From NCBI GenBank assembly GCA_052426225.1, contig JBNJNM010000023.1, positions 434,001 to 498,000 on the forward strand: a DNA stretch of 64,000 nt. Reading direction: 5' to 3'. Positions 35,901 to 47,550 of this stretch are shown here, one piece after another (position 1 is the first letter of the stretch; each line of letters begins with the position of its first letter). This stretch comes from Zancudomyces culisetae HAW-14-8. Taxonomy: Eukaryota > Fungi > Kickxellomycota. The position numbers were made by a program, and so were the translations under genes. The notes under the pieces are model-generated. The model saw only the letters and a program-made list of their open reading frames with translations, did no database searches and had not been told where the DNA came from.

Positions 35901-38300
35901 TTGTACTTTGTGAAAAAAACGTACAAAGTCGCAACCAATCTAATCAGCGACAAATCCCCAGGCTTCGGTGTTACAGCTGAACGCATGACAAATGTACCAA
36001 AAACAGAAATATATTGACTTTTAGTTTGTCAACGCGCACTTCATGTTGGTTTCCTTAATGCGGAAGTTTACAAGGGTGGCGGATAAAACAAATACATAAC
36101 CTTTACCATTTTTGCCAGCTTAGTACGGTTGAAAAGGTGTAGTTGTTGTGCTTTGTTATTCAAAATAATTAGCTAAAATAAACCTTTAAAGTACAAAACC
36201 TGTACTTTCTTTGAAATAATTGTCACGCTTTTCCCTTACATCGTTTCCAGAATAAATCACAAATTATTCACATAGTAGATGATATCTATTTTTAGAACAG
36301 TTGAGACTTTTTAGAGTATATATTTATACTATATTTTATATTTTATACTTTATACTTCACTATTTTGTACACCCATAAAAGGTATGAACATTGGGATAAA
36401 GCTAGTCAAAGTGTATTTTAAAATGCAAGAATTGCTTATGATAACATAGAAAAAGCAAAAAAAACAACAATAATAGAAATCATGACCACTATCCATTACT
36501 GATCATCTGTATACTGTTTAACCCAGTTTATTGCAGCATTTGCACTACCACATCCGCCTGTCATATTTCTGAATACTACGGTAACCTGTTCTTACAAGCA
36601 GCTTTTATCAGCAGAATTTTTTTACTGCTAGCCATAGTTACTAAACCATTTTGAATGCCTAAATATATGCTACGAGTAATGAAAAGTAAATATACGTATG
36701 GGAATCATGTATCAAACTGCACAGAAATAACGATATATCAATATTCCCATATATCACCTTTCTTGTGGGACAAATCCACCCACTTAGATTATCCTGAGAG
36801 CTTTTTTTTTATGAATTGTAAGCCTAGTTATGCAGCTCCAACAAATTTACAACAATAAATTATTATTGTCGAGTATTTCGTTTGGTTGGTTTTGTGGATT
36901 AATTTTACATTTGCTAATTTCGATTACTACATTATATTATGAATAACTCGATCAAACCAGTATTTCTATTTATATTTCGCCACTTGGTGAAATTCATTTT
37001 TGTAATTCTAACTTTTATTAGTCATTCACCTTGGATGTGCATTAATAAACTGACTGGAGCAATAAGATAGGTACACATGATCAAAATTTAGGCGTTCAAC
37101 CCATGAATAGTACAAATTATCAAGAGAAAACAAAAAGTACAGATTCTTGTTAGGAATAGCACAAGAAAATCACTATTTGCAAATGGAGAAATTTCATGCT
37201 AGTGTGGAGTGGTGGATATTAACCATAGAATGTTAACTGGGAGTGCAGATGGTTTTGCTAGCATTTTATCGTATAGATTGCTTTTCATCAATACTTTTAA
37301 TACGCACTGTATGGTGTCACAAGCTTGTTGAGAGTTTACAATACATACCAGATTTTTAGCTCTTTTTCGAAAAAATACACATATCCACAAAAACATGCCA
37401 GAAAACGTTCAAATGGCCTAGCAGTTACTACCAATCATAGCTTTGGGTAATTATAACTACTGTGAACTTACAGTTCTATTTTTATCTCAATCCTTTTGGA
37501 TTAATTTAGCCTCTTGAGACTAAATTAAAAATAAGAAATTCACGTTACTCCAATTTATTAACATATGAGGCAATGTTGTTAAAAGCAGCGATTGTATACA
37601 AACTTTACCCTTACTACCTAAATAGTTAAAAATTAAAATTATATTTAATTAATATACTGCCAAAAAGCCGTCATTGGGTTCAACCAATACTAGCTTTAAT
37701 TTGGGGACTCTATTGTCTTACCATTTTCTTATGAAACGAATTGCCAATACACAAAAGAAAAGTTGGTAATTCAAGTTTATAATGCTCTTAATTCCGCAAT
37801 ACTGATAGTCAGAGTCTTTTTCAAATGACAAATATGTCTTTTTCTGGAACTATACGCTTGGTTAATTACAGATTGTATTGGAATCCACAATAAAAAGTGG
37901 ATTTTAAAATAGCTAAATGTAAAATAAGCTAGAAAAGAATATTAAGGAGAATTTGGATCAAAGCTACTGTTTACTCTAAAGTAAATTTTGAAAACTTATT
38001 CTGGGTCCGAAAAGAGGTTGGTCATAGAATAAACACAAACTGATTTACATTTTCAAATGCTGACTTTTGAGAGAAAAATAGTCATAGTTAGTTAGCATGA
38101 TGGGCCGCCTGGCGATAACCATGTGTTAAAACTGCCAACTAGAATAGGGAATTCCAGTCCATTGACAATAATGTACAAATTTTAAGTGCTTAAGGATTTC
38201 TAGCCACTATAAAACTATTGTAGCTCTGAAAACATTAAGTTCTAAAGATATCCGGTTTGCCTTTTTCAATTTTCCCAATAAAACGGTGTTAAGTTATGAG

Positions 38301-38720
38301 CTAGGGTGGAGGGACCATGAGACCTTTTTTAGAGCCGGTAATACCAGCTCCTGGTGGTTGTGGAAGCTCAACGGGCTGTTTAAAACCAACACCAGGAAGT
38401 TCGGGCAGATCCGAAACATCCAAATCTGAATCATCTATAATCTGCTTTAAATTGTGACGATTAGCGCCTTGAAACTTATTCTTTAGTCGCTTTGTATCAG
38501 GCTGGTTGTTGCCGCTGGTATGTAACTCATGATTAGGTATATGTTTGTTTAACTTCTTTTCAATGTAAGAATACGTAGTTTTGTGGGTTTTCTGGTTTGA
38601 TATATCTGGATTTATTTCGCTGTTGCCGTTTTTGTTATTGTTGCTTAATGGAAGAGAAGCTGAAAACGCAAAAACCGAAAAGAGAGCAACAACTGTAATA
38701 GTTAAGGTTTTTACAATCAT
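38301..38720 (-). CDS. Small putative secreted protein with Pro/Gly-rich C-terminus
   Basis: 139 aa. The N-terminal MIVKTLTITVVALFSVFAFSASLP is a typical signal peptide, and the protein ends ...ELPQPPGAGITGSKKGLMVPPP. Confidence 0.65.
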   Translation of the reverse strand: MIVKTLTITVVALFSVFAFSASLPLSNNNKNGNSEINPDISNQKTHKTTYSYIEKKLNKHIPNHELHTSGNNQPDTKRLKNKFQGANRHNLKQIIDDSDLDVSDLPELPGVGFKQPVELPQPPGAGITGSKKGLMVPPP

Positions 38721-41700
38721 GATTCTTTTTAATACTGTCTCTTTTATGGTTTCGTTATCACATCAATTTTTGTCTCAAAAATCGTATTTCAGCTATAGGT
38801 CGGTTCGCTAGGGTTTATCTCTTGCTATTTCGGTATCGGTGTACATAGATATAGAAACATAAAAGTTGATAATATTATATATATCATAAACTACTACTGA
38901 AATAAAATTTTCAACTCGCTATTATTCAATTTAGACTATTCAAATAGTAAAAGAATAGCGAGAAGCTTATTAAAACTTGTTTAAGAATAACACAATTTAG
39001 AAAAAAGATAATTAATTAAAGAAGCTGGAGTCTGGACTTGGCTCTAAATTAAAAATAATAAAATTGAATTGATCGCTATACCACATAGCGACTATAAACG
39101 GCGCAAATGAACAAAATGAAGCAAAGTCGAGGGATTCGAGTTCTTCCTCCCCATTCTCTTTACCAAAGTTGTTAATACTATTTTATATTTCATTTGGTGC
39201 ATTGAGCAAATCATTTATGCTTTGATCATACTTTTGTGGGTTATTACGGAAAACTCGGACTATTTATTACACGATGAACCTGACAAGTAAATGCAGTGAA
39301 GATACTAATAAACATACACTACAAGATATTTTGTTAACCAGCTCCTCTTTGTATCTATCAGTTTTTGGTTTGAGGAGGTTTTTTCTGTCCTGAGTCAATG
39401 TAGAATAATCACGCTGGTTTACTAGAGCCTAGGCGTGTTGCTGTGTCCACATTCATCTGGAGTAGAGTACACCAGTCTTTGCAACTTCCTTCAAAAACCG
39501 AGTTCATCACTACACCCACATACCTATAGTAAAATATGTTACTAAAACTATAAAATACTTTTTTGGCTCCAATAACGTATTTTTTTTCGATATCTTTCAA
39601 TTTGCAGTTTTTCGTAAATCTAGACCAGGAATAATATATTCCTTGACGATTAAAATCTAGTTATTTGTGTTGTTTTTTCAACTGGTTTATTTATTATTAA
39701 AAGCTAAAACCAAAGAGCCCAAAAATAAATACCAGCTATTGGAGACAAAATATATAAGCTCAGTGATTATTTCTGTTGTTTATGAGGTTTCCATTGTCTT
39801 TTTAAAAACGGCTTAGTTCAGCTTCTGAGTTTGTCTACCACTAATTCTCTTAAAAGACTTTTCTTGTGAGAGGTAACTTAAACACCCATTTTTGTTGCCT
39901 TAATTATTTTTGAAGCCGTTGTGGTTGATATTAGACATATGCAGGGCTCTTTGTATCATGGTCATCACCAATTCTTGTATCTCTCCCTCCTGAAGGTTTT
40001 TGGAAGAACAGATGCAAATTACCCCGCTTTCCAATATTATTACGTTTATTATTTTGTCTCCAGTGTTGTTGCTGCACTTTATAATCTAGTATATACACAG
40101 ATTTTGCCTAAAATTTAGACTCATTAATGTACCAAGTTCGTGTGTGACCAATTTCACACAAATGTCAAAAGAATAAACTACTATTGCTTCAATTAGCAAT
40201 GTATAAAAAAAATACTGCTCAACTGCGACCCTAGTACTCAGTACACATGATGCAGTAGCATTAGCGAGCGTCATCTTACCTTTCCGAATAGGGCCACTTT
40301 TCTCGTCACAACAACAGCCTTCCCACCTGTCCCTTTCTCAATATACTTACTCACACACTTTCTCATACTCAAAAAAATAATTTTGTCTCTGGATATATAC
40401 ACCAATTCTTCATTAGGAGCCCATGACCCAATAATTCTGACTAAGTTGGCTCTGCAAACGTCGCAATACTTGAAATACAAACATATCATATTGTTGATAT
40501 ATAAACGTATGGAGATTGAAAGATTGCAAAGATATTTATGTTTTTTGCCTCTATATTAAAAGAGGTACTTACAAAATGATCCTGTTCTTTAAGCTTTTAA
40601 ATTGAAATATAAGAGGAAAAACGCTTTTTCTGTGTATAAACTTGGCTATCCCTGTTTTGGAGCGGTATTTATACCAGTCTCGAGTGGTTTTTATTAGTAT
40701 CATGTTGCAAGAAAGTATGGCAGTTTCTATTCTGAGCAAATAGTGTGTTGATTCTTTGGTCAACATCCATGACTTTGGGTCTTGCAGTGACCTTCTAAAT
40801 ATTCAAACAGCCATAAGTGGAACCAGTGAAATAGGAAAATTCTTCAGTATTTTTTTTTAGGTTTGCAGCATACTATTTTATATTTTAATATGCTGTTACG
40901 CTATCCTACCACGTTGATTTAGCTCATCACGAGCCGAAAAGTCTTTTTCTGCAATGATGGCAGTGGGTTAGTTTATACATTCAATTATATTTAAAATAGT
41001 TTACTACTATTTTTCAGTGGAAAGGTTCCTCGAAGCTGTTAAATGCAAAATGAACTTTAAAATTATAAAAAATACGTGAGTCCGAATGCACAGTACAAGA
41101 TAATCAAGTTTATTCTTAATCAATACATAATTCTAACCAAATTGGACATTTTCAGGTTATTCTTTTTAGTCTAGCATTTGTATATCTTCTTTTTTTCTAC
41201 TCTTCTTCGCATTACCACATCTTTGGGGACTCAGTTTGTCGCAGCTATATTGTCATTTGCTACAATACAAAAAGAAAAAAGCTGCTTTAACTACGATTTA
41301 TAATTTTGCAGCATCAGACTATTTTACAAGTTAATAATAATAGTGAAGGGATGATGGGAGGGTGGCGAAGCAAAATGCGAATTGGCTACAGTTGTGGAGA
41401 ACGAGATGACATATTAACTGCTGAAATTATAATTTGATCATTGTGCATCATGATGTGTGCTTCTTCAAGTTATTTGGGTAGTTTTTCCTTTTTTTGATTA
41501 ATACTGAATTAAAAACGAGAAGCAGTGAAACAAAAATATTTATTCATAAATGCATTTAAAGTGTTGGGGGATGTTCATAAGACTCAAATCCTGCTAGGGT
41601 ACAAAAAAGTAAACCTTAAGAAGGAATAGTTCATCATTTGTGGCTTTCCAAGATACGATTGGTGTAAATACCCAAAGAAATACGATGCTTGTAGCTTTCA

Positions 41701-43358
41701 CTCTTTTATCTCCCACTCATGTACTTTTTTGTGGGCTAGAGGGCAATAAATAAAAGTTAGATCATGAAAAAAAATAAAACAGGATCCATTCAGTGAATAT
41801 GTGTAGGTTTTTGCTTAGTTTTTGACTTGTTTTATTTTTGTCCTACAAGTCTATATGTGTATAAACTTTTAAAGAACGAGAATACCAAGAAAACACATGA
41901 AAAAAATACCAAATTATAATAAAGAGAAGGTAATACTAACAATAATATAATAAGTGCGTAAGGGTCCTCAAGTACACCGCCCTATACAAACCTTCACACA
42001 ACTTCTATAATCTAGCAATATGGTACATCAATACCTGGTATCAATAAAACGAAACCGGTGAAAACTGATCTGTGTCCATATTATTATTTCTACTTGCCCA
42101 CTACAAGCTATTTTTATAGTTTCATTACAAGAACGTATAGCTTTACAGGAAGGATCTAAAACCCTCCTGAATTCCTGCTTACTGCTGCTTTTCTTTTCCG
42201 TATAGCCGGTATTTATCAAACGCTTTATGTATAAATTTGGTAAAATGAGTCTATCAAAGCAGCTATCAAAAACAGGCGCTATAAATACCAAACGCACAAC
42301 GTTAAAATTTAATACTAGACGACCAATTTAAATCAGCAGAGAAATAGAGCTTGACCCAAGGAATGGCCCAGTAGACGAGGAGTTTTCATTAAAAGCGGAT
42401 TGCATGGATGTTTTTATTATTGGTGGTTTGCCCAGCACGTATGGATCTTTGCTGCTAACCACTCGGAACATTTTAAAATACATCATCCATTGATACCTCA
42501 ATAAATATTACTTTCGATTTTTCTTGTAATTCGAGATATGAAAAATGCGCATTCTTAGCAAATACACATAAATAGTGAACTATTTACTGAACTTTGCAAC
42601 AACCAGATTAATTAACTTGTATAGGATATTACTATAGTTTAAAAATACATAAAACGTAATCGTTTAGTTAAATCGCTACCCGTACGTCAGTACAACCACG
42701 GCAAAAAATAAGAAAAATTTTGGGATTGGTGGACTGCTTATTGGAAAATGGAGGTTTAAAAGTAAAAACGTAGATTCATATAGCTACAACGACTACAAGA
42801 ACAAAAGATGCGGAAAAAATGGATGTCAACTATACTGGATAGATAACCCACCCTTCGACCGCAATGATTTCGTTTGAAGGGGTTTGAAAAAATTGATCAT
42901 AGTATCACACGATTCGTAATGTTTGAGAGAACTGTCCCCATACGATCAAGTCGCTCATCAGGAGAAAAAAATGAAAAAAACCTTTATCTTTGAAACCCAC
43001 CAAGATGACATACCCTGTAGCACCAGCTCAGAAATTTTTATGTTTGTTTCAGAATAGAGAGTTGTCTAATGGCATTATTTTTAGGCTTAGTCTCTTTGTT
43101 TTGTACTTATTATAATAAATATGTGCTATACAATACAGTAGCTACAAATTTCCAGTTTGTATAAATATTGTACATTTTACCTGGGCAATTCACCAGTACA
43201 CAAATATTGTAATAGGAAGGAGACTTTATTAACACTGGTCCATCGAAAAAAAATAAAGGAACATAATAATATCATTGTAAAGAGTACGAAATGGAAATGT
43301 AAGGATAAATAAAGTAACGGATAAAACACTACGCAATTGAAAAGACTAAATAGAGAAA

Positions 43359-45087
43359 TTATGATAGGTTGAAGAGACCTTTCTTTTGTTTTTTATCTAA
43401 GGGAGTAATTGGGCGGGTTTGAGAGTCCAGTCTCTTCTTCTTCTCCTCGAGTTCTTGGCGTTGTTTTTCGAGAACTTGCTTCATTTCCTTGTGACGAGCA
43501 TAGAGCTCTTCCTCACTCTGTTTGAGCTTGCTTTCTTTTTCTTGAACCTTTTGTTGGAATACTGCAGTCATCTCGGATTCCATCTTGGACATTCTGGCTT
43601 CATGCACGCTTCGCTCTTCTTCCATCTGGGCAGTTGGGTTGTATTCACGGAAAACAGTGTTGTCTTGTTCGTGACCCATTGTGACGAGTTTCTGGGATCG
43701 GTGGTTTTCATAGAGAATTGAGTCAGTAACATCCTTGAGCTCCTCCATATGGGTGCAGACCAACATCTTGCGAAGCTTGATAAAGTCGTTGTGTTTTTCA
43801 TTTTCAACTTCAATGATACCCCAAGGATACAAGCGTCCTCGGACTCTGTTACCGTCTGGTTTTTCAATGATCTTGTCGCTGCCAATAACAGCAAATGGAA
43901 TCTTGCTGAGCATGTCCTTGTTTTCGTTGATGACTTCAGGATCCTCAAAGCTTTCCCACTGTGGCTTGAATATTTGGATTCCGTGATAGTTGATGTCAGC
44001 AATGATTCTGGACTTGAAACCAACAAGCTCATCCTGTGTCAATGTATCTGACTTGGTGATTACTGGAATGAGGTTGACTTTGGTGTGCATTCTCTTCATA
44101 AACTCAATATCAATGGCTCTCAATGCATGTCCTGTGGGCTTGATCAAGTAAATCAACGCGTGGATTCGGTTGTCACTGATCTTGGAACGGTTGACTCTGT
44201 TTTCTTGGGTCAAATACGCGTCAAAGCGGGACTCAATGTTTTCAAGGATTGGTTGCCAACAGTCATCGTTGTTTATTGAGTCACCAAATCCTGGTGTGTC
44301 AACGACAGTCAATCGGAGTCTGACTCCATTTTCCTGGATTTCTATTGATGTTTTTGCGTTTAGTATCTTGTCTAGTTGTACACATTTATATTAAACTGTA
44401 TCTTGTTTTACCTGCGCTCATTGAACTGATCTCAACACCTCTTCGGGTTTCTCCAATGGTGCTTTCATCCTTGTCTGGGAATACTCTGGTGTTAAACAAT
44501 GTGTTGATCAGTGTTGACTTTCCTATTCCAGCCTCACCTAATTTGCAAAAAATAGTAAACTTTAATACCACACTTATTCATACACGGTAAAGGAAAGATA
44601 AGTGTATACGACTCTGAGCCCACTGGTGGGTTAGCCACTTACCTACTACCATGAGTGTAAAGTTGAACCCCTTCTTTACTGATCTGCGGTGAACTTGGTT
44701 TGGGTAATTGGCAAAACCAACGTACCCTTGAAGCTTCTTTTTTGCGACCTTTGGTGCTTGCTAAGTAAGTAAATAAATAATATACAACAAATACTGTTAG
44801 TAGTGTGCAACACACAGAAATAAAAGCAAAAACCTTTCACAACACATCCATGCGTATTAAGAAAATCAATAAAGCTCAGTGATGCTGGTTTAATCAAACC
44901 GTGTCGTACCCAACGCTTCCACTGCGTTTTGGTTACACACATATATACGTAACTCGCAATACAAACACACATGTACACCATGCTTTGATGGTTTGAATTC
45001 GCTTTCTTTTATTATTATCTTTTTTCTTTTAGGTATTTCTCATTGCACACAAGCAAAGTTGCTTACCCTAGTAGCTGCTTCTGTCAT
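43359..45087 (-). CDS. CDC3: Septin, Cdc3/AspB group; exons 45087-45067, 44760-44643, 44537-44412, 44341-43359
   Basis: '[42 protein letters not shown]', 'DTPGFGD', '[26 protein letters not shown]', 'GRLYPWG', and the Cdc3-type coiled coil '[33 protein letters not shown]'. Confidence 0.93.
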
Positions 45088-47260
45088 TTTTGAATATTAT
45101 TGTACTGATATTAGCTGTGTTTGAATAGTTTGTCACTATATATATTAATGAAGAAACCTGAATACTATAGTGTATGTCTTATTTCTCTTATCAAAGTATG
45201 ATTAAAAAAGGGGGTAAGAAAGAGAAAAGAGAAAGTAGAAAAGAAAAGAGGATATTAATAGCGGTTTATACCAGAGTTGTACTAGTTTGAAAAAAAAGAA
45301 AAAGTATTGTTATTGCTATAATTGCCTTTACAGAATTGGTGATGTGGATTTAAAATTGTTTTTATAGGTGTAGGTTGGCGAACAAGCAAAATTAAACAAA
45401 ACAAAAAAAAAGAAGAGCAAAATGAGAATAACGAAATTCGAAAAAATGTTGGTATTGTAATTGCTCAAATAAGAGGAATAATAGGGGGAGAGGGAGGTGA
45501 AGAGGAGTGTGACGGGAGAGAAAAAAAAGAGCGTGTTTATTGTTTATATTAATTAGCAAGAAAAACTGCATTGTTCTAGAAGTTTTTGAGTGTTTACCCG
45601 ATTATTATAAGGTTAATGCCCATATTTACAAAACCAAAGAAAGCGAACAACAATAATGATGGCACTAGTGTCAATAAAAGCAAAATGAGTGGTAGTTTCG
45701 ATAGACAGTCTTTTCTTTTTTTATTGTGTAGGCCCATAATCTAAAAAAATATAAGCTAGCATAGCTTGTATTGTGCTGCCTTGTAGAACTTTATTCCTTG
45801 TTTAATACCATGAGTGTTGTTATTTGGCAAGGGTTTATAAAGTAGTATTCAAGTTGGGATAGAAAAGATAAGGCAACTTCATGTACAATTATCCTGGTAA
45901 CATTAGAAAACGCAAGCGAAAAAGAAAGCACGAGAAAAAAAAACGCAAAGTTAATAAAAACTGGTTTCCAGCATTAGTCTGTTTGTTCTCTGGTTTTTTA
46001 TTTTCTACACTCCCACCTCACACCTCCCACCTTTCTGCTCCTCCTACTCGTACATCTTTCCCTCCTCACATTCGTTTAATTTTTTATAAATACAAGGTGA
46101 TAATAGATGAAAGCACGACTTTTCCCCATTCACATGTTTGAAATATTTTGGGGAATCCAGGGATATAGTGGAATGAGTTGATAAACTGGTGGTGATAATA
46201 TATATTGTAAGGCGTGTATAGTGTAACGGAAAAAAAACTAGCGGAGGTATGTGTACATGTGTGGTGAAAACAAGACAAAAAGACAATTATTAAGCGGATA
46301 ATTGAGGAGTGGGGGAGGAGGATAGAGTGTAGAGTGTAGAGGGGGTATATTGAAAAGTTGGTATGAGTCATTCAAGAAACAAGCTAGTGAAAACAAAATT
46401 TGGGAAGAAGGGGGACGGAAGGCTGGGAGGTTGGGGGGTTGGAAAGTCAAAGAGTTGAAGGGTGGCAGGTAGTAGAGCGCTTTCTAATTTATTTATTTAT
46501 CATTTTTCATTTTTCATTTTTCATTTCATGCTTTTCGTTTTTTGTGAAATGGAAGTAGGGAATTGTTTAGGTGGTGATTGTCAATGGGGGTGTTGATTGT
46601 TTAGATATGTTTGGATTTTTTTATTTCGCTTGTTTGTAATCAGGGACAAGCAATTGTTATAATAAGGAGCAACATTTTTGAAACGGTTTGGAATGATTGT
46701 CAAGTTTGAAAAGATGGAAACAAAAAACAAAGAACAAAGTACATTCAAAAAGATAATATTAGTACATAAAGTGTATCTGTAGCGAGAATGCAAGTGCAAT
46801 GTTGAGCAATGGAAATAAATGAACGTAAAATGAAAAAGAAGGATAAAGAAAAGAAGAGAGTAAAGAAGTGGGCTGAACAATGAAACAGTTTGATTTATAC
46901 TTATACACATTTGCGTTATATATAAACATACACATGTGTTTTTATTTTGTTCCCTTGTTGCTCTTTCCTTCTCTTTTAATATTATACCTTTTCTTTACTG
47001 CTTTTGGTACGAGCAAAATATGGCGGGCATGTAAATAAAATGTTTTTTTTATTTGTTGCTTTTTTTTTGTACATGACAATGGGGGGTTAGGAACAATATG
47101 AATTGAATAAAACGAATGCTGGTAAAGCAAGCAAACACTAAAATAAATAGGAATACTGTTTTACAAGTGTGAGGTGTTGAAGTAGGGGGGAGGGAGGAGG
47201 GATTGAGTTTGTGTAGTGGGCCAAGTCGTTCCCTTGGCTAGTACTGTGGTTTTTTTTGTA

Positions 47261-47285
47261 GTGTGTGTGTGTGTGTGTGTGTGTG
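47261..47285 (+). repeat. (GT)n microsatellite
   Basis: gtgtgtgtgtgtgtgtgtgtgtgtg. Confidence 0.95.
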
Positions 47286-47550
47286 AGGGAGTGAGAGGGA
47301 AAGGTGTGAGTTGTCATATTTTCCAGTTTGGTTAGTGTATGTAAAAGTAGTGGAATGGCTATAAGAAAAGTGTATAGTAAGAAAAGAAAAATAAACGCAT
47401 GATGACTTTTCTAGTAAGATTTGATGTAAAACTGGAGTAAAAAGCGATAAAAATGGTCCATTCATGTTACGTTCTAGATTATACTCTACAAAAGTAAAAG
47501 ATATATTTTGAAAGAGAACAAAGAAATAAACAAAGAAATAAATAAAAAAA

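Noticed and set aside
36480-36650. Signal-peptide-like stretch (PLLIICILLTQFIAAFALP)
   Set aside because: No in-frame ATG and an early stop; at best an unidentifiable relic.
39300-40800. Possible decayed multi-exon gene on the minus strand (intron-like GTAAGA...GCTAAT...TAG, short ORFs)
   Set aside because: No consistent frame or recognisable protein could be built.
42930-42965. Hammerhead-like CTGATGA plus a small stem on the minus strand
   Set aside because: The required GAAA after stem II and stems I/III are absent.
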